From the NCBI GenBank assembly GCA_051294375.1, contig CM119264.1:9871275-9935274 (forward strand): a DNA stretch of 64,000 nucleotides, written 5' to 3'. Positions 53,488 through 64,000 of the stretch are shown here, piece by piece. How positions within the stretch are numbered: position 1 is the first letter of the stretch; every line of letters begins with the position of its first letter. This DNA is from Paraspadella gotoi. Its lineage: Eukaryota > Animalia > Chaetognatha. Position numbers and translations under genes: made by a program. Below the pieces are notes generated by a model that did not search any database, was not told the DNA's origin, and saw nothing but the letters and a program-made list of their open reading frames with translations.

Positions 53488-53580
<93 letters not shown>
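53488..53580 (+). repeat. Perfect (CT)n microsatellite, representative of dozens of AG/CT tracts in the window
   Basis: Direct reading. Confidence 0.95.
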
Positions 53581-53582
<2 letters not shown>

Positions 53583-55557
53583 TTTAGTAGATACACCTTT
53601 TTTTGTTGTAATGAAAAAAAAAAGGAAAAAAAAGTTACTTTTTTATTAGAAAACGGATATCAATGAATGAACGGACCATCGTTACCTTATAGGTCCTTCT
53701 TGCAGAGGGTACCTAGGTAAGGCTCCACGTACATTGATGTCTTTTAGACAACGAAATCTGACTTTCAATAATTACCATCTTTCTTGATCTCATTAGTTAG
53801 TATGAAGCTTACTTCATTTAAAAAACGGTTTTGTCTTCAAAGTTATCTCCTTCTTATCACTTAGAACTTCCCTGGTAAATTCTATGTAAAATATGGTAAG
53901 ACATGATTTTCTTCAATGATTGTTTATCATAATCTCATTAACTGGTAATTTTAGATATAAGTATGTGTCAAATTTTATGGTATAGATAATTTTTAAGAGA
54001 CTGAATCCTGCATAAGAATCTTCACGTTTTTATTACATAAAGTTTTTAGGTTAGACGCAACAACATTATCTGATTACATTATTTTTTTTCTTCATATGCT
54101 TTCCCCGATTCTTTTTCTTCACTTCTTTTCTCTCTTTTCTTTATATTTCCTCTCCTCTTTCCTCCCTTACTTCTCACTCTGTCACTTACCATTTTTTGGC
54201 CCCTACCTGTTTTCTGCCACTGCCTGCACTTTCCTCAACATTTTTTCTTCTCCTTCTCTCTTTCCCTTTCTTTTCCCCTCTTTTTCTTTCCATTTCTGCC
54301 TCATTTCCTACCTTTTATTTGTCTCACTATTTTTTCCCCCCATTTGCCTTCTTTTTTTTTGCCTTCGCCCTGTCTTTTATTCTCTCCTGTTTCTTTTTCT
54401 TTTTTCCATTTCGTCCTCTACTCTCACAGCGTTTACATTGAGCCATATCATAGAAAATCTTTAAAATGCATTATAAGAAAGGATATAACGGTAACGGGAG
54501 GTTTTTATTTCAATTTTGGTTCCTAGCAAGATTTAGTAAATCGACAGATTCTTCGGAAAAATGTTTCCGCAAAATCTGTCGATTCTCCAAAAAAAACATC
54601 CTGACGGTTTCCATTGGGTTAAAAAGGATGCGGCTTTCTTTTGTTTTAATCAAACGTCTCAGTAATACCACATCTTGTTAAACTAATAAATAGAGTTAAA
54701 AGATATTTCCTTTACGATAAATAAATGCAAGTCACAAAAGTCACAAATTAAAAGTGTGTTTTAAAAATTATTTGTGGCCTAAACGAAAGAGTTTTCTTTG
54801 ATAAATTTGTAGGTGTTAAACAGCTTATTCCTGTGGACAATATTTTTGTTTGTTTAAGTCAATTTAAACAATATTTTGTTTAATAATATTGTAATAAAAA
54901 CTAAAACTGCGACTTTTTGATGTCAACTTATAATTAAGTCATAAGTGAACTATGAATGATAATAAGGAAAATATTTTTACTCAAGGGTGAAGAAGATAAG
55001 GAAGAAAGGATATTCCACAATAAAAAAATTTTCTCAACTTTCCTTGGCAATTCAAATGTGAAGACAATGTAATATGGACAAAAATGGACATGTTTTTTTT
55101 TCCAAAAGTTGCAAAATGTTACTCTTATATGATTAGAAATAGCTGAATGGTTTTAAACCCAATCTGTATTTTGCCTAATTATATTATGGTGCAAATAAAT
55201 TATTTTGGTTATAGTAACGAACAACTACTGCGAAAAAGGTAGTTTTTTCTCTGAAGTGCGAGGATCGTAAGCAGAGGCGTACATTTACAACCGATCTATC
55301 TATCTATCTATCTCTCTCTCTCTCTCTCTCCCGCAATAGCGAAGCAGATTTTTTGACGGATTGTGAAAGTTTTTTTTCCATAGGCAGCAGAGAGACCGGC
55401 GACGACGACGACGACGACGACAGTGACGTGACAAAGACGATAACAGGGTGAAGGGAGAAGAGGATTTACAATGGAAAATGTCGAGCATGAATACGATAAA
55501 GTATTCGGTGATGTGAATGCGGGGGAAGTTGATGTTGATAACCATAGACTTTAAGAA

Positions 55558-55603
<46 letters not shown>

Positions 55604-58468
55604 GGAGAGGGAGAGCCAAAGTTCTTCAAGTTTTGTCCTGCTAATTTTCGTTTTTCTAGGTTTTTGACGCCCGACTTGAGGTAGGGTCGAGAGCCTTTCC
55701 CTTCCGTCTTTTCCTCCATTCCTTACCTCGTTAAAGCTGAGGTGTCTTGACGTGGCTGTGTTTTACGCCAGAGAGATTCAGAGATGGCGTTCACCTCAAA
55801 ATGAAAAACTATGACCCGATGTCGACTTCATTCTCAGTTTTGACAACGGAGCTTCCCTGGCGTGAGTATTTCCACTTGCCTCGGTTTCTGTCCCATCTCA
55901 TATTCTCTTGTACGTCACGAATCACGAACCACACTAAAAGACTTAAATCCAAGTGGATGAGCTTAAATGACGTAATAAATTCATCAATTGATATAGAACG
56001 ACGATTAAAATATACAGGTTATTTTTATTTCACAGATTGTAACGTTATAAAATGCAAAATCAATAATAAAAATCTTTTTCGTGTGACATAAAAAAATAAT
56101 CAGTTTCATCTTGTTTTTCGTTTCATTATTCAAGGTTTTTGTTTCTAACTCATTCTCAAGCTTGTCAAGGGGCGAAAAAAAGGAGCGGAAAAAAAAAGAA
56201 AAAACATTTTAAAAACCTTTTTTTTCCTCCAGTTTTTTCACCCGATCTCATAAAAAAAAAAAGATTATCTGCGAGATAACGTGGCCGTTTCAAAATCTTA
56301 AAATATAGAGAAATGTCCCAACATGTCATGACTTAATAATTATTTTATTCTTTCGCTCAGTGAAAAAGACCCTTGAACCCACTACATAGTAAAAGAGAAT
56401 GCGAGGGTAAGTTCGACAAAGCCTGATGGCGACGAGTGCCAAGGCGACGTTTTTACGCGCGACTTTGTTTTTTACGATTTTTACGGTTTTTCACGTTTTT
56501 TACGGTTTATTTTTCGATAAAGTTCGTCTCGGACAAAGACTTTGTTGGCGCTAACTAAAAATAAAATAAAAGTGAAAAAAAAAAAAGAGTTAACGCTCCT
56601 AGATTTTATCCGACATAAAATCTTAAGGGGAGAGAGGAAGGAAGCTCGCGTTTCTCAAGGAAAGAAAAAGGGGTGAAGACTTAAAAATATGATGAGGACA
56701 AAAAAAGAAAAAAGAGGTAATGAATACGAATAGAGAAAAAAGGACGATAAGAGAAAAACGAGGAAAGCAGATTCATAAAAAAAAATGAGAGAATGCATTA
56801 AAGGATGCAAAAAAATAATAATGAGTCAAAATGAAAGACAGGTTTGTTAAATCAATATTCCTTATAAGGAGGACATTAACTGTCTCAGGAGCCGAGTCTA
56901 AAAAATAAAAATGAGCCGAAGCGGCACAAAATTAGTAAACAAAAACGAAAGAAAGAAAACGCGAGTTTTTTTGGAAAAAAGAAGGAAAAAGAAAATAAAA
57001 AAGAAGAAAACGGAAAAGAAAGCGAAAAAAAAATGAAAGGGAAAAAGAAGTCGAGGAAGCGCAGGAGAAAAAAAGGGTCGAGACAAGAAAGGAATGAATA
57101 AGAAAGGAAAAAAAACTCCTGTATCATTCAGAGCGAAAGGAAACGATAGAAAAATGCAAAACAGAACATGAGTTTTTTCCCCCAACGTAACGCAGCGCGA
57201 CTCTGCCGTCATCCGTGAAAAAAAATCCTAATTTAGTATTAATCATAAATAATAAACAGTAAACAAAAGAACTTTTTTTTTTCATTTCGTTGCCAGTTAC
57301 ATATATGGTCTGTTTGAACAAAAAATAAATGAGAAAAAAAGAAGCTCTTAACCTTTACTAGAAAGAAATGTAAATAACCGGAAGCTTAGATAAAATTTTA
57401 ACTCTCCTCCTCTCTCCTTTCTCTTTTCTCTCCTCACACTTCGGAAGAAATGCCGACTTTGAACCAAATGAACCCTTAACTTTTTTCCTTCGAGATCCGA
57501 CGCTTTGAAGACGTCGTCGGCGCTCTCGTTGCTGTCGTCGTCGTCGTCGTCGTCGGTCGCTTACAAAACCTCCGGAGACCAAAAAAGATTCAAGGTCGTT
57601 AATTTCGCGCCTTCGTGGAAACAAAAGAATTGGAAAAGAAAAGAACTTTATAAAAAAAAAGAAAAGAAATCCATAAAAGACATGCCTTCAATTAAATATT
57701 AAAAAGTTAATCCGAAAGAGTGGAACCGGAAATAAAAAGAAAGAAAGAAGAAAAGTGGTGGAAATAATTCTTTAGAAAAGAAAGAAAAACAAAAAAGGAA
57801 GAAAAAATCTCGTCTACAGTTTAAAACTTTAAGAAAAGAAAACTTATTAAATAAATTAATGCATGGATGTTGTTGAAGGGAAGAACAGCGATACAATAGT
57901 AAATACAGAAGTACAATACGATAGAAATACTATCTAAGATCCTAAAAAAGATCACACTTAACCAAAGAACATTCTCAAAATCCGAATGTAAAAACGTCGG
58001 TCTGAATAAACGACGGAAAAACATCCCTGACAACCCAACGGTAAAACCAGACCATAAAAAGACATTTTCGCAGTGAAAGAAAGTAACGTCGCGCCTCTGG
58101 CACCGTCGCTTATTGCCTCAATTTTCTGCTCCTTTTCCTCCTCGGATTAGCCTCTTCTCTCTCTTTTCTTCTCTCCATTTTCTTGCTCCTTTCCTCTTTC
58201 CTAGTAAACTTAGTGTATTGAACTAAGTTCGTAGAGGTGGCTGTCTTTGACAACTAACTGTCTGAGCTGCTCCTGCGCTATCAAAACGAGAGGAATTCGA
58301 GTAAGATGGCGCGGACGAGACGATGGCGCCGGTCTGACGCTCAAGATGAGGTATCTGACGACAAAGTCGAAGCCCAGCACTTCTATCTGAAGTTGATGAG
58401 ATGAAGGTTAGAAGTCCTGGGCAAGGAATAACAAAACATTTAATACACACTCAGCAAATATATATATT

Positions 58469-60553
58469 AGACGAGAATCTCGCTTAAAAAAAAATTCAAC
58501 ATTTTTCTAATAGAGAATTCCGTTCAAATCTGACTACCCAAATTGCAAACGCGTTTGCCAGAAATTCGGTTAAAAAACACTTGTAAAAACGCATGATTCC
58601 GAGAGCGTTACATCTGAAGAGCTTGTCCTATGCATTTTATGGCATTTGATAAAGGATTTAATATCAAACAAGCCAGGGGAAATGCACTATTCATCTCCGG
58701 AGAATTTTCAAACCTCATTTTTACTATAGAAATGAAAGGGAAAGTTTACAAACTTAAAATTGCAAACGGGATTGCTATATGTTCCTGTTACATGAGCGAC
58801 TTCGAATTTCGCGATTTTGATAGCTTTGTGTCTGAAGAGCTTGTCCTATTTTTCTTTTTTCATTTTATAATGATTTTGACATAAAATGATCAGGTTTAAA
58901 TGAAATAGTCCGGTTTGAATCGCGAAATTTTTAATTAAAAAGAAATTAAAAGGAAGGTTGAGAAAAAAACTGATTTTTCATAATATCTTTTGAAGAAATA
59001 AGGATAAAGGGATGGTAATAGTACCAAAATGAAGCCNNNNNNNNNNNNNNNNNNNNNNNNNATAATCATAGGGCACATACCAATGATACAATTTTAAAAT
59101 TACTTAATGCTGAAACCCTCACTTACAGTAGGAAGCCTGCTACTAGGAAAAAGAAGCCAGCTGATTTTTTCTTATATTTTTATATCGATAGATGGGAAAT
59201 GACGGGAATATTGTAAATCTCAAGTTTCGCTTTAATCGGACCTCACATTGTGGAGAAATCTTTAGGAAAACCATCAAAAATTCCACACCCTTTTTTCAAC
59301 ATCTCGCCTTTTTAAGATTTTTGTGCCGATTCTGATCTTCCTCTTACCAAAAACTTATAATTCCGTCTGAGTAGTTAAATTTTTTTTCTTAAACGAGCGA
59401 AGGGAACTCATAACTTTCTGTTATTTTCATGATTTCCTGGTAAAAAATATAATGCAATAACATATAAGCATTGGGATATTATGAAAGTAAAATGTCTTGT
59501 GAAGCTGTGAGAGTTAAATAATTAAAAGAATTCGCCTATTTTATTATTGAAAAATGACGATTAAAGTGAATAGTTGAACGTCTTCAGGCTCAATTTCAGT
59601 AAACATCCCCTGTTCCTAACATAAAATAATGTTTACTTTTTGCTGGTGGAAAAGAAAGATAAATAGTTAGGCTGTGATGGGGTGAATAAATATTTTGTAG
59701 AATTTGTAAGCATGCTTGTAATAATCAGGAAGCAAATATTTAAGTGAAAAAAAAATATATTTTCTTTATCCAAAAAACTTTTAAAGTTTTACTATAGTAC
59801 AATTTAGCCTTTTTTCTTTCATTGAAGACCTAAAAAGATTTAATTTTCATTTATTTTTATGGGGTTCATTAGTTTTAAAATTCAATTAAAATTTGACTTA
59901 GTGACACTCACCCTGTAAAGAGGTTTCAGGCAAACAATAATTCTAATATTATGTAACTTGTATGTGCCTAATGATTATGGCTTCATTTTGGTACTATTGC
60001 CATCCCTGGTAATCTTTGTTCCTTCAAGAGATATCAGAAAAAATCAGTTTTTTCCTCAACCTTCCTTTAATTTCTTATTAAATAAAAATTTCACTGTTGT
60101 CAAACCAGACAATGGACTTTACAATGTTGGTTTACTATGGAAGAGTTTTGGTCCAAATAATGAAAAGAAAAATTTGGGCAAGCTCTTGAGAACAAGAGGC
60201 TTTTTCAAATCTTCAAAATTCGAAGTAATATTTATAATGTTTAACATCCAAGCCCGTTTAGAATTTTGAAAGCAAAATTTCCCTTTCATTTCTATAGTAA
60301 AAACAAGGTTTGAAAATTCTCGGAGATGACTAGTGCATTTCCCCTGGCTTGTTTGGATATTAAATCCCTTTATCAAATGCCATAAGACGAATTTGGCTAG
60401 CTCTAGATAATAACGCTATCGGAATCGTGTGTTTTTACAATTGTTTTTTAACCCGAATTTCTGGCAATATCGTTTGCAATTTGGGTAGTCAGATTTTAAC
60501 GGAAATCTCTATTAGAAAATGTTGAATTTTTTTTATAAGCAGAGATTCTCGTC
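58469..60553. repeat. Diverged inverted repeat pair A (58469-~59090) / A' (~59955-60553)
   Basis: AGACGAGAATCT...AAATCTGACTACCCAAATTGCAAACG matches CGTTTGCAATTTGGGTAGTCAGATTT...AGATTCTCGTCT in reverse complement. Central parts differ by substitutions. Confidence 0.8.
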
Positions 60554-61340
60554 TACTTAGCAGGGTGAGTGTCAACTAAGTCAAATTATAATGGAAACTT
60601 TTAAAACTATGACAACCCCATTAAGAAATAAATGAAAATTTAATATTCTTTTTAAGATTCTGAAAGAAAAAAGCATAAATTGTTACTCTAGTAAAACTTT
60701 AAAGTTTTTTGGAAAAGAAAATTGAATTTTTTGTGCACTTAAATATTTGCTTGTCATGATTTTAGCAAGCATGCTTACAAAATTATAACACAAATATTAA
60801 TTCACCCATCACAGCCTAAAGTATTTATCTTTCTTTTCCTACAGGCAAAAGTAAACATTATTTTATGCTAGAGAGAACAGGATGTTTACTGAAATGAGCC
60901 GGAAACATTTCAACTTCTTCTTCTACTTTAACTGTCATTTTTTCAATAATAAAATAGGCGAATTTTTAATTATTTAACTCTCAGCAGCGCTTCACAAGAC
61001 ATAACTCTCGATAATATCCGCAATGTTAATGTAAATTTATTATATTTTTTACGCAGAAATCCTAAAATAAGCAGAAAGTTGTGGATTCCCTTCGCTCGTT
61101 TAAGAAAAAAAAATTAACTAGGCGAATTATAAGTTTGTAAGAGGCAAGGTCAGAATCGGCGAAAAATCTTAAAAAGGCGAGAATGTTATTGAAAAAAAGG
61201 GGTGGAATTTTGATGGGTTCCTCAGATTCTCTCCAAATGTGAGGTCCGATTAAAGCGAAACTTAAGATTAACAATATTCCCGTCATCACACATCTATCGA
61301 GTGTAAAAAATATAAGAAAAAAGTCACTGGCTTCTTTTTC
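59150..61340. mobile_element. Inverted pair B (~59150-59915) / B' (60560-~61340) with Tc1/mariner-like CAGGGTG termini
   Basis: B ends ...GACTTAGTGACACTCACCCTG|TA and B' begins CAGGGTGAGTGTCAACTAAGTC. The similarity extends ~770 bp. CAGGGTG next to TA is typical of Tc1/mariner-superfamily ends. No transposase seen. Confidence 0.55.
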
Positions 61341-61394
61341 TATAAGCGGCCTTCCTTATATATAAAGTTTAAGAATCCCATCTTACTTGTTTAT

Positions 61395-62515
61395 GAAGCC
61401 AAATTTAGATTAGGAATGGTTGCCTTCTATCCACAAGGAAAATCCAGCCGAATGCCACCCACCATAAGTTTCTATTTATAAATCAAAAGAAGTTCGAAGA
61501 TATCTCAATAAGGCGAATTTATCTTTAAAAAGTATTGGAAAACGCATTGCAAAGACTGGAAGCAAGATCTGCAAGTTAACGTCGATAGAAATCATCAGGC
61601 TAATCATCGAAAATCGCTGTGGGAACCAATCAGAATCGGCATGCGTTTGCCCTCTCGGAGAACTGTACTTAAGTATCATATACTATATACAAAGAAATAT
61701 CGAAACTAGAGGAATGTTCGCTGTGATCGCGCGGAGAAACGGAGTTTTCTTTGCGTTTAGTAGAGAGAATAAAGGCATCGGGTGAGAAAGTATGAGAAGC
61801 TTTGGATTTCCTGAGGATAATATTGATTATCATTTCGTAACACTTAGGTTTCTACCTATTTTTGCTTCTCAATTCTATCCTTCTCTGTCCGTTCTTAAGC
61901 CAAATTTGTAGAATGGTTGCCTCTATCACAAGGAAAATCCAGCGATCACTAGTTTCTTTTATAAAAAAAAAGAAGTTTCCGAGATATCTCAATAGCGAAT
62001 TTATCTTTAAAAAGTATTGAAAACGCATTGCAAGACTGANNNNNNNNNNNNNNNNNNNNNNNNNNNNNNNNNNNNNNNNNNNNNNNNNNNNNNNNNNNNN
62101 NNNNNNNNNNNNNNNNNNNNNNNNNNNNNNNNNNNNNNNNNNNNNNNNNNNNNNNNNNNNNNNNNNNNNNNNNNNNNNNNNNNNNNNNNNNNNNNNNNNN
62201 NNNNNNNNNNNNNNNNNNNNNNNNNNNNNNNNNNNNNNNNNNNNNNNNNNNNNNNNNNNNNNNNNNNNNNNNNNNNNNNNNNNNNNNNNNNNNNNNNNNN
62301 NNNNNCTCGGAGAACTGTACTTAAGTATATATACTATAATACAAAATCGAAACTAGAGATGTCGCTGTGATCGCCGGAGAAACGGAGTTTCCTTGCGTTA
62401 GTAAGAGAGAAATAAAAGAGCATCGGGGAGAAAGTAGAGAAGCTTGGATTTCCTCGAGATATATTGATTATCATTTCGTAACACTTAGGTTTTCTACCTT
62501 ATTTTTGCTTCTCTT
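61395..62515 (+). other. Tandem duplication (~61395-61870 is a noisy copy of ~61897-62515) around an N-gap; likely gap-fill artefact
   Basis: AAGCCAAATTT...GAATGGTTGCC and CGGAGAACTGTACTTAAGTAT each occur twice. The first copy carries insertion noise. Confidence 0.75.
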
Positions 62516-62702
62516 CTTTCCTCTTTGTCGTTCTTTCTTTTTACTTTCTTTGTCTTTTCTTTGTCTTCCTCTCTTAACTTTTTCTTTTCTCTTTCTCTGG
62601 CATCAAATAGAAGTAAATAACCAGTGGCTGCGCCAATTCATGTAAATCGCTTTCAAGGGCTTAAATTGAACTGTTACTGTGGAATTAATATTTTTAATAA
62701 TA

Positions 62703-63040
62703 TTTTTTTTTAACTTTTATCATTTTTTAATTTGTATCCCTTTTTAAATTTGCATCATTTTCATTAACTTGTATCATTTTTTTCAATTTGCATCATTCAT
62801 TTTAATTTGCATCGTTCTTTTCACTTGCAAAATTTTTTTTAACTTACATCATGTTTTTAACTTGTATCATTTTTTTAACTTGCATTATTTTTTTAACTTG
62901 CATTATTTTTTTAACTAGCATCATTCTTTTCAACTGTCATCATCTTTTTAACTTGAATCATTTTTTCAACTTGTATCATTTTTTCAACTTGCATCATTTT
63001 TTGAATTTGCCTGATTTTTTTAACTTGCATCATTTTTTCA
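62703..63040 (+). repeat. ~21-bp tandem repeat (TTTTTTAACTTGCATCATTT)
   Basis: About 15 degenerate units; the same motif appears at ~3741-3777. Confidence 0.85.
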
Positions 63041-63868
63041 AAATATATGGGTAAGAAAAAAAAAGGATATAACATTTAATTATATAGAATGATGTTTAAA
63101 GAATGATGTTGTTTAGGAAATTTTTAAATTATTTAAAATTTAAACAGAAATTGCTATTTTGTGTAAAAGCAGATCAAAGGAAGATCTAGCAGGTGCAGAT
63201 CAAATTTATTATGCNNNNNNNNNNNNNNNNNNNNNNNNNNNNNNNNNNNNNNNNNNNNNNNNNNNNNNNNNNNNNNNNNNNNNNNNNNNNNNNNNNNNNN
63301 NNNNNNNNNNNNNNNNNNNNNNNNNNNNNNNNNNNNNNNNNNNNNNNNNNNNNNNNNNNNNNNNNNNNNNNNNNNNNNNTTGTTTGGGGAGCCCTTTAGT
63401 AAATAAAGCTTAAAATATAAAAAAACTTAATTTGAATATTATTTTGTTTCACAAAAAAGAACAGGACCTGTGGAGAAGTGTTATTTTGTCCTTAAAAAAA
63501 TTCCTCTGGAAAACTATGTTGAAATTTTGCAAATGTGCTATTTTGTGTAAAGCAATGCAAGTGAAGAATAGGTAGGGGCAGACAAAAGAGTAAATCTCTA
63601 TAGAGATCAACATGAATCTGAACAACAAAATGCTGTTAGTAAGAAATGAATGAAAAGGAGAGGGGAGAGGATGGGAAAAAAATGACGGACAAAAAGAAAA
63701 TGACCGAAATTCAAGGGTAAATTTACAACAAAAATAAAAAACTTTCAAAAATTTCACTTTAATTTTTAATTTAATTTTTTCATATTTGGCCCTTTTTTTT
63801 CCTTTTTTTTCGTCTGTCATTTTTTTTTGCTCAAAGTTGTTATTTTTCCATCCCATTTTTTAAAAAAA

Positions 63869-64000
63869 TTTTTAGTCGGATCTGCTTATCAGCAGATTCC
63901 GACTCAATAATCCACTTTGTCGGTCTGTCGGTCCCGATTTAAGGTTTAATCAAAATCCTGAAAGTATTTAGTGATGTTACAATTCACAACTATTCAGAAA
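63869..64000 (+). mobile_element. 5' end of a second Helentron/DINE-1-like element
   Basis: TTTTTAGTCGGATCTGCTTATCAGCAGATTCCGACTC...GTCGGTCTGTCGGTCC: same T-run, hairpin and GTCY motif as the element ending at 4943 on the minus strand. Confidence 0.65.

Overview
Eukaryotic, most likely invertebrate animal, genomic DNA: AT-rich, CpG not obviously depleted, dense in (AG/CT)n microsatellites. It comes from a draft assembly with N-gaps and what appears to be noisy long-read gap-fill. One well-supported spliced gene is present, a 3-exon XK-related (Xkr scramblase family) membrane protein of ~802 aa at 24677-28189 (+). One orphan Thr/Ala-rich coding exon is probable at 629-1126 (-). The main find is a 704-bp non-coding LTR element at 20840-21543. 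It has two ~255-bp LTRs (TGTGGC...GCCATA), a 4-bp CTCG target-site duplication and a PBS-like TGG motif. Each LTR contains a motif that fits a type-P5 twister self-cleaving ribozyme, making it a candidate twister-based LTR 'retrozyme' that would release a 446-nt, circularisable RNA. Other features are Helentron/DINE-1-like non-autonomous elements, MITE-like and tRNA-SINE-like remnants, minisatellites, and a long gene-free tract (~30-58 kb) with clustered transcription-factor-like motifs. The apparent XK 'pseudogene' (~9950-18487) and some smaller duplications next to gaps look like assembly artefacts. Most ORFs in the supplied track are microsatellite noise. All alignments and folds were done by eye.
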